The notes under the pieces were generated by a model. The model worked only from the letters and a program-made list of their open reading frames with translations. It was not told the origin of the DNA and did no database searches. From positions 22,493 to 86,492 of the IMG/VR virus record IMGVR_UViG_3300042691_028354: a stretch of DNA of 64,000 nt, one strand, 5' to 3'. Numbering within the stretch: position 1 is the first letter of the stretch; each line of letters starts with the position of its first letter. The stretch is from a virus. A program made the position numbers and the translations under genes. Shown here in pieces: positions 37,942 to 47,533 of the stretch.

Positions 37942-39674
37942 CCTCTCCTGATGTCCGCTCCTATGTTGATCTGACCCTGTTTGACGCGAGCAGTCAGGCA
38001 ATCCTCCAAAAGGCCCTTGACTACGCCATCGTTGCCCTGCCCGAGTACGAGCCACGGGAAGGGTCCATCGAGACAACGATGCTCGAGTCCATGGCCCTTG
38101 AGGTTCAAGAGGCCATCTACGCCATCAACCGACTTCCTGGTGCCGTCACCGAGGTCCTTCTACGTCTCCTTGACATCGAGCGCTCCGATGGTGTGCGAGC
38201 AACGGCCGTGGTGCGTTTCACCGGTCAGACCACAGCCGGGTTCACGGCCCCGGTTGGAACTCGCCTGATCTACCAGCCCGACTCCATCTCCGACTTTCTT
38301 CTACTTGAGACAACCGAAGCAGCCACCGGCACTCATGCCAAGCCTATTCAGTCGGCAACTCGGGCCTCCACGACACTGACTGTTGTGACCACGACTCGAC
38401 ATGGACTCTCAACTGGAGATCAGGTCTCAATCTCAGGAGCAGGAGACGCCCTGCTCAACTTGTCCAATCAGACCATCGCCGTCGTGGACGCTACGACTTT
38501 CACCATTACCGTGAGCTCGTCGGGTAGCGCTTCTGCCACCACTGGCACGGTGACTCCTGCCCTCACCATCCCAGCGACAGGGTTTGCTGCTGTCCGGGCC
38601 ACGACAACAACTGGGGCCTTCAATGGTCTTGCTGGTGGAACGTCACTCAGTCTCTTGTCAATCGTGTCTCAGGTCGATGCGGCAGAACTTGAGACTCAAC
38701 TACTTGGTGGATCTGAACCCGAAGACGATTCCGAGTACTTCACTCGCGCATCAGCAACACTCAGTCGCCTTTCCACGTCATTGGCTACAGCAACACAGGT
38801 CGGGCAATACGTCGCGGAATCCGGCCGCTATCCCGACGTTTATCGAGTGCTTGCCGTTGACAACACTGATGGCGTTCGCGTGGGCGATCTTGCCGGCTCG
38901 ATCATGGTTGCTGTTGCTCCAATCGACGCCACTCCCCAAAACCTCAGTACGGGCACCGGAGATGGCTCACTGACAAGCGATGACATTGGGTATGGCACAA
39001 AGGACGAGGTTTACGACGGCATCGCCGAGCGACTGAACGCTTCGCTTGACGTGACCGTGGTTGACCCAGCAATCGTCACGGTTCAGGTGGACACCACCGT
39101 CAAACTTCCCGACGGGTTGTCGGCTGAGTCGGTTCAGGCAGCTTGCGAAGACACACTCGCCGGCTACCTCTCGCCCAATACTTGGCCATGGACTGACACT
39201 GTCCGAGCCAACGAGGTTGCCTACGCTCTGCGTCAGACGACCGTGACAAGCGGAACCGTTGTTCAGCCTGCGTGTGAATACGTGGAGTCACTGACACTTA
39301 CGCCAACGAACGCCTTCGTCTCGTCCGACAGTCAGCGATTCGAGATTGATGAGGTGAGGCGCACTGGCACGACCTGCCAGGTGAACCTCTCGGCGAATCA
39401 CGGCATCACCTTTGACGCTTCGGCGGGCGAAACCCTTTGGCTGAAAGTCGGCGGCACCACGACCTCTAGCGGAGCTTTCAATACGGCGACGATTGTCTTG
39501 GCGACCCTTGCTGACACGGACCGCTTCACCTATACGCAAGGCTCAGGGCTAATCAACCCGACCCCCGATAGTGGCTATGTCTTGCCAATCAAGCGGACCG
39601 CCGGAGGCGACTTGGTGATCTACGACCCGGCCGTGCTGGTCCTCAGTGACTCTCACGACATCACTACGGCGTAG
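37938..39674 (+). CDS. Baseplate J-like protein with inserted small beta-barrel repeats
   Basis: RATAVVRF, GAFNGL, GGSEPEDDSEYFTR; HGLSTGDQVSISGA inserts. Confidence 0.85.
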   Translation: MTSPDVRSYVDLTLFDASSQAILQKALDYAIVALPEYEPREGSIETTMLESMALEVQEAIYAINRLPGAVTEVLLRLLDIERSDGVRATAVVRFTGQTTAGFTAPVGTRLIYQPDSISDFLLLETTEAATGTHAKPIQSATRASTTLTVVTTTRHGLSTGDQVSISGAGDALLNLSNQTIAVVDATTFTITVSSSGSASATTGTVTPALTIPATGFAAVRATTTTGAFNGLAGGTSLSLLSIVSQVDAAELETQLLGGSEPEDDSEYFTRASATLSRLSTSLATATQVGQYVAESGRYPDVYRVLAVDNTDGVRVGDLAGSIMVAVAPIDATPQNLSTGTGDGSLTSDDIGYGTKDEVYDGIAERLNASLDVTVVDPAIVTVQVDTTVKLPDGLSAESVQAACEDTLAGYLSPNTWPWTDTVRANEVAYALRQTTVTSGTVVQPACEYVESLTLTPTNAFVSSDSQRFEIDEVRRTGTTCQVNLSANHGITFDASAGETLWLKVGGTTTSSGAFNTATIVLATLADTDRFTYTQGSGLINPTPDSGYVLPIKRTAGGDLVIYDPAVLVLSDSHDITTA

Positions 39675-39677
39675 GCC

Positions 39678-41849
39678 ATGCACAGCGGAAACCTTCTTGA
39701 CGGCAACACCTCACGCTTCACCTCGACCCTGCTTCAGAACGTCGGCAACTGGGTCGGTGTCACCAACTGCACCCTGAGTCGTACGACGAAGCGATTCCAC
39801 ACTGGCATTGCGTCGGCACTTATCGCCCATGATGGCGTTGGTACCACAATGTCGGCGGAGTCCGGTGAAGCCGCAATGATGACCCTTGCACCGGTCACGG
39901 CACAGCACGCCCACAGTGGCGATGACGTCTTTCGCGCCATTTTGTGGTTTCACCATGAAGTACCGAACCGAGAGGTTCGTGTAGGAATCCAGTTCTACGA
40001 CATCACTCTTGACCCGATCAACTATACGTCCGCCCATTATCAAGATGTTCCCATGGGCTTCGGGGAATGGACACTTGCCGTTGTCGACGTCGTGGTCCCA
40101 GTTGATGCCGAGTTTGGCTCGGTCCGAGTTGATCTTGTCGACATTGACACATCAAGCGACCTTGACGGGCTTGTGTGGATTGACGACGTGGCGCTACTCG
40201 AGCGGGTGGAGATCTCCGAAGAGGCCTTCGTTGGAAGAGTCTCTCGCTGGATTCCGGCCTACATGCTTGAAGACGATGCGGCACAGTCAAACCCGGTGAA
40301 CCCCCTGCTCAGCTTCCTTGACGTAGCGGGCGTGCAACTCTCCGAGATTCAGGAACTCATCCCAGCGTTCGGTTACGAACGAGTCGGCAATCCCCTTTAC
40401 CCCACTGCCACCTCCTCACTCGTTGACCCCTCAGACTTTCCTGAAGGCGGCACAAAGGCCGAATGGCTTTCTTGGATCGCTCAACTTGTCGGTCTACGAC
40501 CAGGTGCAATCACCGAGAATCTTGATGGTGGTGCGTGGGACATCCTTGATTCGGACTATCCAACTTGGGCCGACTGGGAAGACACGCTAAACGGGGATGA
40601 ACTCCCCGCTGCCGTTGCCGCCACGTCCGCAAGCCGGACATCGGGAACGGTTGAGGTTATCAAGGCAAATCACGGCCTTGTTGCTGGAGACGTCGTGAGT
40701 GTTACGGGTGCATCCCCGACCACATTCAGGGGTTTTTACGAGGTTGAGACAGCGTCGACAAACGCCTTTTACTACTCGCAGTCTTACGTCATCCAGTCAC
40801 TCATCCGAGTTGGCACAACCGTCACGATCGTATGTGGTCGTCCTCATGGGCTTAGCATCGGGTCCTCCGTGATCGTGGCAGGAACGGGTGTGACTGCCGC
40901 CGACGGAACCTTTAGCGTTACTGGCGTTTCGGAGTCGGACTCAGGTAAATCCGGCATTGACACCCTGACCTACACGACCGTTAGTTCGGGTGCTCTACTT
41001 TCCTACACGGGTACCGTCTACCCTGCCAACGGATCTGCCACGGGCCTGAACTATCAAGTGGCTTCGGACCTGTCCTGGCGTGACGCTGAAGGTGTGAGTT
41101 TCTACTCCCTGACCCGAGCGCAGTCGCTAGCCGAGTTCATTCGCACGGGTGCTTCTGGCGTTTGGGCTGGCACCGAGGAAGGCCTGAAGCGAGCTGCTCG
41201 CATCCCATTGAGCGGCTTTGACGAGCGTTGCAGCGTCGAGCGCAATGATGGAACATTGACCATGACCCTTGAAACGACCGTCTCGGCGGAAGTGGGGGAC
41301 TGGATCGAGGTCTACGGCTCGGCGGAATCAAGCGTGAACCGCAACTACCTGATTGACTCAATCTCCACCGATCGCGGCGTTTCAATCATCACGGCCAGCA
41401 GTGGCGGTTCATACGTGGATCCCACACTTGGGTTCGTCACCAACCGACGGGTGGAAGTCGAGCGCAGTGCGTGGGTCGGTGTGATCTCGCAGATCAGTGT
41501 CACGAGCAACATCTGTAGCGTCTCGGTCTCGAATCGAGTCCCCCTACTCAACCCATCGGGCGACGTCACCATCACTGGCACAGGAAACGTGGTCCTTGAC
41601 GCAACACACTCGCCGGTCTCAATCACACTGGCACCGGAACGGGATTCGTTTACGTTTCCCCTGACCACCCCGAACATCACCCTGTTCATCCCGACAGCAG
41701 GCAGAGTGAAACTTGAAGCCGACCGAAACTGCTTTGTGATCTCGACGTTGGCTGCTCAAACTTCCCGCAGTGACGTTGTTTCCGAGTACGCACAGTTCGC
41801 CAAGCCCGCAGGCAGTGTTGTCACTCATGAGTTCTACACCGGCCCCTAG
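39678..41849 (+). CDS. Baseplate wedge (gpI-like) protein with CBM-like N-domain and HGL repeats
   Basis: WIDDV, IPAYM, WLSWIAQLVG, GTEEGL, C-terminal KPAG. Confidence 0.7.
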   Translation: MHSGNLLDGNTSRFTSTLLQNVGNWVGVTNCTLSRTTKRFHTGIASALIAHDGVGTTMSAESGEAAMMTLAPVTAQHAHSGDDVFRAILWFHHEVPNREVRVGIQFYDITLDPINYTSAHYQDVPMGFGEWTLAVVDVVVPVDAEFGSVRVDLVDIDTSSDLDGLVWIDDVALLERVEISEEAFVGRVSRWIPAYMLEDDAAQSNPVNPLLSFLDVAGVQLSEIQELIPAFGYERVGNPLYPTATSSLVDPSDFPEGGTKAEWLSWIAQLVGLRPGAITENLDGGAWDILDSDYPTWADWEDTLNGDELPAAVAATSASRTSGTVEVIKANHGLVAGDVVSVTGASPTTFRGFYEVETASTNAFYYSQSYVIQSLIRVGTTVTIVCGRPHGLSIGSSVIVAGTGVTAADGTFSVTGVSESDSGKSGIDTLTYTTVSSGALLSYTGTVYPANGSATGLNYQVASDLSWRDAEGVSFYSLTRAQSLAEFIRTGASGVWAGTEEGLKRAARIPLSGFDERCSVERNDGTLTMTLETTVSAEVGDWIEVYGSAESSVNRNYLIDSISTDRGVSIITASSGGSYVDPTLGFVTNRRVEVERSAWVGVISQISVTSNICSVSVSNRVPLLNPSGDVTITGTGNVVLDATHSPVSITLAPERDSFTFPLTTPNITLFIPTAGRVKLEADRNCFVISTLAAQTSRSDVVSEYAQFAKPAGSVVTHEFYTGP

Positions 41850-42007
41850 TAGCCAGTCGGACTGACCCTTGCTTCCTGCAAACGATCTATACCGAACACA
41901 GGGACATCTCGGCAAGGAAACCTTTGAGAATCAACACTTTCAGCCAGTGACAGGTAGAGGTCTGACGGCTACTCGTGCGGTTACACTTGACAAGGGAGGT
42001 CAGCGTA

Positions 42008-44389
42008 ATGGCAGTGACTCGTAGCCCACGGTTCCGTCTTCACCGTTGGGACTCAGGCGCAGACCCGTTCAATCGCGCCCAGAACGACACCGACAATCTT
42101 CAGGTAGAAACCCTCGGAGCCGTCTTCCGTCAGGGACCAAGTGCCGACATTGGCGATCCTACTGCCGCGGCCTATGCCCGTTCTTTCTACTTTGACACCA
42201 CAGTGTCAGTCCTCTACTTCAGTGATGGCACCAACTGGGTCAGCCTGAACGATGCTGGTGAGACGGGAGACATTCAGCCCCTGACTATCGGCGGAAGTTC
42301 CTCCGCTGGATCGGTATCGGCACCTGCAAGTGGCATCAAGACTGTCGAGTTCGCTCTCGCCAACCACGTTCACGGACTCCCGGCTCCGAGTACACCATCT
42401 GACACAGGAACGACCAACTTGGCCGGCTCCGCTCTGACCCCTGCTCGCTCCGACCATGTTCATGCCATCGGGTCAAACTCAATCAACTCTTCCGGCAACT
42501 TTGCCGCCGGCGTGGTTGATACAGCCGCACTCGGCTCAAGTGCAGTCACTACAGCGAAGATCGCCGACTCCAATGTCACGACAGCGAAGGTTGCCGATTC
42601 AGCAATCACTACGGCAAAGGTCAACGACGGAGCCATCACCGGTCCAAAGTTGGCAGCCTCAGTTGCCGGGTCTGGCCTCGTTCGGAACGTCTCAACCAGC
42701 GTCCTTGACGTAAACGTCGACGGATCAACCATCACCATCGCTTCCGACACGCTGGGGATCCCGACCGCAGGAGTCGGTGCCACTCAACTCGCAAGCAGCG
42801 CTGTCACCACAGCCAAGATTGCCGACTCTGCGATTACAACTGCGAAGGTGGCGGACGCATCGGTCACCGGAGCCAAGTTGGCTTCGGCTGTAGCCGGCTC
42901 CGGTCTTACACAGAATGTCAGTGGCAATCTCGATGTGAATGCGGATGGCACGACCATCTCAATCACCACCGACGCTCTTGGCGTCGTCGCAGGTGGCATC
43001 GGAACCACACAGCTTGCCAACAGTGCTGTCACTACAGCGAAGATCAATGATGGCGCGATTACCGGTGCGAAGATCGCCTCGGCCACGATTACTGCCGACA
43101 AGTTCGCCACTGGAGCAATCTCCGGTGGGGCACTTGATGACGGAGCCGTAATCACCCAGAAGCTTGCCGATAGTGCTGTGACTGCGGCAAAGATCGCGAG
43201 CAACGCCGTCACCACGGTGAAGATCAACGACGCTGCTGTAACTCCGGCGAAACTCGCCTCAAGTACCGCCGGGTCCGGTCTTACTCAGAACGTAACCACC
43301 AAGGCCCTCGATCTAGTCGCTGATGGCACAACAGTTGCGGTCACCGCAGGGAGCCTCAGCATCGTTACTGGCGGCGTCGGAGCCACCCAGTTGGCCAACA
43401 ATGCGGTAACTGCGGCCAAGATTGCCACCTCCGCCCTTTCTGGCACGGGTGCGATAACTGGCGGTGCCGGCACATCCCTTGCGGTCGCTGTCGACAACAC
43501 CGGAATCGAGATAAACACCAACGCCTTGAGACTCAAGGACAGTGGTGTTACTTCAGCGAAGATCGCGTCTGGAGCGGTTGGAGCAACGGCCCTGGCGAGC
43601 AATGCCGTGACCACGGTGAAGATTACCGACGCGGCCGTCACTGGCGTGAAACTGGCGGCGGCCGTCGCTGGCGTAGGCCTCACTCAGAACGTAAGTGGAA
43701 ATCTGGACGTCAGTACCAGTTCAACCATTGCAGCAAACGCATCCAATCAACTCGCCATCGTTGACAGCTCGGTCGGAACCACTCAACTCACCGACTCCGG
43801 CGTGACCACCGCGAAAATCAACAACGGTGCCGTAACGGCCGCAAAGTTGGCAACCGATTCGGTTGGAGCCAGTCAGATCGCTGCTGCGGTTGCCGGTGCT
43901 GGACTCTCAAAGAACGGCACGACCGGCGTCCTTGACGTCAACGTCGGTGGGCCGATCTCCATTTCGTCCGATGCGATCACCATCGCTGCCGAGGCGATTA
44001 CCTCGACTTACATCGGTCCAGGCGCCGTCACGTCGACTGGCTTGGCTTCTGAGGCCGTCGGTACGGCCAAGGTCGCCGACGGCGCCATCACGGGACCGAA
44101 GATCGCCAGCAGTGTTGCCGGTACCGGCCTGTCTCGCAACGTCAGCACCGGCGTCCTGAGTGTTGCTGTCGACGGTTCAACGATCTCCACCTCGGGCGGG
44201 TCCCTCATTGTTGCTTCGGGTGGCATTGGCACCACTCAACTTGCCAACAGCGCCGTTATCGGCTCCAAGTCGGGAGCGGGCGTGTATCGCAACGCCACGA
44301 ACGCTGACACTGGTGGTTCGATTCGCTACTCCACGTCGGCACCTTCCGGTACCGCCGCCAACGGGGACATCTGGCTGAGGTACTCCTAA
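42008..44389 (+). CDS. Tail fibre protein with AVTTAKIAD repeats
   Basis: ATG 42008 after GGGAGG; many (S/G)AVTxAK(I/L) decapeptides; C-term NGDIWL. Confidence 0.85.
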   Translation: MAVTRSPRFRLHRWDSGADPFNRAQNDTDNLQVETLGAVFRQGPSADIGDPTAAAYARSFYFDTTVSVLYFSDGTNWVSLNDAGETGDIQPLTIGGSSSAGSVSAPASGIKTVEFALANHVHGLPAPSTPSDTGTTNLAGSALTPARSDHVHAIGSNSINSSGNFAAGVVDTAALGSSAVTTAKIADSNVTTAKVADSAITTAKVNDGAITGPKLAASVAGSGLVRNVSTSVLDVNVDGSTITIASDTLGIPTAGVGATQLASSAVTTAKIADSAITTAKVADASVTGAKLASAVAGSGLTQNVSGNLDVNADGTTISITTDALGVVAGGIGTTQLANSAVTTAKINDGAITGAKIASATITADKFATGAISGGALDDGAVITQKLADSAVTAAKIASNAVTTVKINDAAVTPAKLASSTAGSGLTQNVTTKALDLVADGTTVAVTAGSLSIVTGGVGATQLANNAVTAAKIATSALSGTGAITGGAGTSLAVAVDNTGIEINTNALRLKDSGVTSAKIASGAVGATALASNAVTTVKITDAAVTGVKLAAAVAGVGLTQNVSGNLDVSTSSTIAANASNQLAIVDSSVGTTQLTDSGVTTAKINNGAVTAAKLATDSVGASQIAAAVAGAGLSKNGTTGVLDVNVGGPISISSDAITIAAEAITSTYIGPGAVTSTGLASEAVGTAKVADGAITGPKIASSVAGTGLSRNVSTGVLSVAVDGSTISTSGGSLIVASGGIGTTQLANSAVIGSKSGAGVYRNATNADTGGSIRYSTSAPSGTAANGDIWLRYS
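42500..44270 (+). repeat. Degenerate 10-aa coding repeats (AVTTAKIADS-like)
   Basis: Visible in translation; boundaries approximate. Confidence 0.75.
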
Positions 44390-45420
44390 TGCCGGCGCAC
44401 GTTTGGGCCGATGGCGCTTGGCGATCCCTAAACGACATTCAGGTAGGTATAGGTGGTGCCTACCGGCGAGTTGACACCGCCTACGTTTGGAATGACGGAG
44501 CCTGGAGAACGGCGTTCCAGTACGACGTCACTGGCCCTAGTGGTGTTTACAACCTCAGTGCCACTTGGTCCAACACGTCTGGTGAGTTGGCCTATGTCCA
44601 GTGGAACCAGCCTGGCGATGCCGACCTTGCGTATACCGATCTCTACGGTGATCGAGGCGGCGGTTGGGTCTATCTTGGGCGTTTCACTCAAGGTCCGAAT
44701 GTGACATGCGCGTACGCCGACTATTCCCTCTCGTTCTCGACCGTCTCTCTTGCTGGCTATGTGGCACAAACAACTCCAGTTCACACCTACCTGCTTCGCC
44801 CGTTTGATGTACGCGGAAATCAGGGCACCGATGTCACTGTGCAGACTCGAGGGATCGGCGACTCGGTTGTTCGGGGAATGGTCAAGAGTCCAACGGTCAT
44901 GAACCCTTCAGGTTCGGGAACGTGGTCATCGGACGGTTATTGGCGAACCGACAGCAACCAAGTACTTCAGGGGCGTAACAACTTCGGACGTCATTTCGGT
45001 CACTGGTTCTACGACAACACCGTTCCATGGCGTTTCAACGTCTCGAGCGCAGACATAATCACTCGGCGTATCGCCAACGCTGGTTACGCTCAGGAGCGAG
45101 CACTTGGACTCCGGCTCTCTAACGCCACGGCGGCCTTTCCCTTTGTGGGCGCCGACCCAACTGGTCAGATCGTGACCGGAAGGGTCGACTCTGGAGCCTA
45201 CGCCTGGAACGAGTCGGAGTGGACTTACCTGCCAGCCGACTGGGCGGCTGACTTGATCTCGAGTACTGGCATTGACCGCAACTCCATAGTCATTGACACC
45301 GAAGAGGGTTCAGTCACGGGCTATGGGTTCTCCTTCAACTATGCCCGCTTTGAGGGTCAAGGCTATGACATTGCCTTTGGTGTTAGTTCGGGTGCGATCC
45401 GCGTCTACCACACTGGCTGA
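44389..45420 (+). CDS. Minor tail / receptor-binding protein with Fn3-like domain
   Basis: AHVWADGAWR...AYVWNDGAWR adaptor, DVTGPS..W..P.D.DL...YLLRPFDVRGN. Confidence 0.65.
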   Translation: MPAHVWADGAWRSLNDIQVGIGGAYRRVDTAYVWNDGAWRTAFQYDVTGPSGVYNLSATWSNTSGELAYVQWNQPGDADLAYTDLYGDRGGGWVYLGRFTQGPNVTCAYADYSLSFSTVSLAGYVAQTTPVHTYLLRPFDVRGNQGTDVTVQTRGIGDSVVRGMVKSPTVMNPSGSGTWSSDGYWRTDSNQVLQGRNNFGRHFGHWFYDNTVPWRFNVSSADIITRRIANAGYAQERALGLRLSNATAAFPFVGADPTGQIVTGRVDSGAYAWNESEWTYLPADWAADLISSTGIDRNSIVIDTEEGSVTGYGFSFNYARFEGQGYDIAFGVSSGAIRVYHTG

Positions 45421-45465
45421 TCGCTTTCTCAAAGCCGTATAGGGCGTTCACTATCCTTCTATGTC

Positions 45466-45834
45466 GTGACCGACACCAACCGGCAGCAAGAGAACATCGT
45501 CTTTGCTGTAACAGCCAAGACCATGAATCACTTCATGTGGTTCACTGCCGTCAAGTGTGCCGTGGGGGCCGTTGTGCTTGTGGCGGTCTTTGGATGGGGG
45601 ACACTTCCGATCGCCATACCAGGGCTCTTTGCTTCCCTTCTTGTCGCCCGCCATTGGCGCCGGCCGCTTCGCAGTTTCCCAGCCGCCCTTTGGCTCAGTT
45701 CTGTCTTTTGGCTTGCTGCCGCCCTGGTCCTAGCTATCACTATTGCGAATCCCGCAGAATGGGCCGGCGTGGTTTCCCTCGTGGCCATCGGACTGTGGGA
45801 CATGGGTGCTGCCGCTCTTGACGTTCGGGAGTAG
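45466..45834 (+). CDS. Membrane protein (possible holin)
   Basis: About four hydrophobic segments; position after tail genes. Confidence 0.6.
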   Translation: MTDTNRQQENIVFAVTAKTMNHFMWFTAVKCAVGAVVLVAVFGWGTLPIAIPGLFASLLVARHWRRPLRSFPAALWLSSVFWLAAALVLAITIANPAEWAGVVSLVAIGLWDMGAAALDVRE

Positions 45835-45837
45835 CCC

Positions 45838-46140
45838 ATGGAACTTGCACTACTCAGTGCCGTCTCCGCTGTAGTCGTCGCGGTTATCACCGGGATCTTT
45901 GCTTTTCGGGGCAAGCGCGGCGAGAACCATGTCAACGAGGTCGGAACCATCTTTGACGGGTATCAGGGCATGGTTGGCTCACTTCAAAGTGAGGTCACCC
46001 GTCAGAGCGGTGAGATAAAGGAACTTCGCAAGATGCAGGATGACTGCGAGGCCCACAACGACGCTCTCGAGGCCGAGATCTCGGTTCTGCGAGAGACCGT
46101 CGAGGGCTTGGAGCGAGCAATCCATAGCTCTGACCGCTAA
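45838..46140 (+). CDS. N-terminal TM plus coiled-coil protein (lysis-cassette type)
   Basis: SAVVVAVITGIF followed by heptad-like region; GGGAG RBS. Confidence 0.7.
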   Translation: MELALLSAVSAVVVAVITGIFAFRGKRGENHVNEVGTIFDGYQGMVGSLQSEVTRQSGEIKELRKMQDDCEAHNDALEAEISVLRETVEGLERAIHSSDR

Positions 46141-46175
46141 CGGTGAGAATGTAGGACATCGTCTAAAATGGCAGT

Positions 46176-46418
46176 ATGAACGGAACAACTGCCCAAACGG
46201 TCGATCAGGTGACGAAGGGTGGCCTTGCCGCTTTCATCAACTACCTGCTTGTCAAGGCCGGCATGGATCCTGAGCTCGTCGTGATCATCTTCCCGTCGAT
46301 CCTTGTCGTGCTGGCATGGCTCAGCACCAAGATCGGTGATCCTCAGATCGCGTCTTTTCTCGGTCTTCGTTCGGACTCATCGGCCTCGGAAAACAGCGAA
46401 GCAACCCCTGACGCCTGA
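46176..46418 (+). CDS. Small membrane protein (possible holin)
   Basis: Two hydrophobic segments; TAAAAT 6 nt upstream of ATG. Confidence 0.65.
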   Translation: MNGTTAQTVDQVTKGGLAAFINYLLVKAGMDPELVVIIFPSILVVLAWLSTKIGDPQIASFLGLRSDSSASENSEATPDA

Positions 46419-46527
46419 CCTCTCACGATGGCCCTCGGAACTTGAGGTGGCCCACTTGAGCGACGACATCGGTTTCGTCTAACTAAACCAAACCGGACAT
46501 CTTGAGCAGATGGGGAAGTCACACTGT

Positions 46528-46563
46528 CTAGGGGTGGCGTAGTTGTACGATTACCCCTAGGAG
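46528..46563 (+). promoter_or_regulatory. Hairpin overlapping RBS, with embedded -10 element
   Basis: CTAGGGGT..CGTA/TACG..ACCCCTAG stem; TACGAT at 46546-46551; AGGAG at 46559-46563. Confidence 0.5.
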
Positions 46564-46570
46564 AAGCGAC

Positions 46571-46918
46571 ATGGCTGCTGGTGTGTACAACTTCGTCTGT
46601 GAACAGGGAGCGACCTTTGAGAAGGTCCTGACCCTACGCGACGCCGATCAAGAGCTCTACGACTTCACCGGTTGCACGGCCCGCATGCAGGTTCGCAAGG
46701 ACGCCAAGGCCACTGATGTCCTCATCTCCCTGACGACAAGCAACGGCCGATTGACGCTTGGGGGAGAAGCAGGGACGATCACGTTTCTCATCTCCGCAGC
46801 CGACACATCCGCCATTGCCCGAGAAGGCATCTACGACCTTGAGGTGGAGACTGCCGGTGGCCACGTCTACCGCTTGCTCAAGGGGAGGTTCGACCTTGAT
46901 CCAGAGGTGACCCGATGA
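46571..46918 (+). CDS. Virion accessory protein (BppU-like fibre adaptor)
   Basis: EQGATF, DFTGCTARMQVR, GIYDLEV, RLLKG...PEVT. Confidence 0.75.
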   Translation: MAAGVYNFVCEQGATFEKVLTLRDADQELYDFTGCTARMQVRKDAKATDVLISLTTSNGRLTLGGEAGTITFLISAADTSAIAREGIYDLEVETAGGHVYRLLKGRFDLDPEVTR

Positions 46919-47529
46919 GCGATGTGGAGCCGATCTCGGTCATCGAGGTCGTCGCCGACGGACCCAACGAGGTCACCGTCGAGGAGATCCGCAATACCGT
47001 CACCGTTGTCGAGGAGTCCCCCAATCAGGTCTTCGTTTCAACTGTCGGACTACAAGGACCTCCTGGTCCTCCCGGCGATGAGGGGCCAGCGGGAGAAGGT
47101 GTGCCTGTTGGTGGAAACACCGATCAACTCCTCGCCAAGGCCAGTGACGACGATTACGACACCACCTGGACCTCGAGTGTCCGCATCGAGTCGGTAACGC
47201 TTGCTGATGGCTCTGCGGCCTATGCCACCGATCTGATTACAGCGACCACCTCGTCAACTCAGGCCAATCAGATTCTTGACGTCGCCGAGGGCCAGTCGGT
47301 CAAGTACCTGATCCGAGCCAGCGATGGCGTTTCCGCTCAAACGACGGAGATACTGGCCAGTGTTTGCAGTGGCAACGTGTATTTCGTGGAGTATGGAACT
47401 ATTGCAGTAAATGGGACTTTGGCTTCATTTGATGTCACGAACCCTGAGGCCGGGGTTACCCTTAGCGTCACACCTACCACTGGTACTCTTATCACGTACA
47501 GGGTCGTGAAACACGTGATTTCGGGGTGA
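46915..47529 (+). CDS. Short fibre-associated protein with collagen stub
   Basis: GLQGPPGPPGDEGPAG, LAKASDDDYDTTW; C-domain similar to that of 47534..49450. Confidence 0.75.
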   Translation: MSDVEPISVIEVVADGPNEVTVEEIRNTVTVVEESPNQVFVSTVGLQGPPGPPGDEGPAGEGVPVGGNTDQLLAKASDDDYDTTWTSSVRIESVTLADGSAAYATDLITATTSSTQANQILDVAEGQSVKYLIRASDGVSAQTTEILASVCSGNVYFVEYGTIAVNGTLASFDVTNPEAGVTLSVTPTTGTLITYRVVKHVISG

Positions 47530-47533
47530 TGTA

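Noticed and set aside
46419-46527. Possible ncRNA or tRNA in this intergenic gap (also 41850-41990)
   Set aside because: No cloverleaf or recognisable RNA family by eye; would need an Infernal/tRNAscan run
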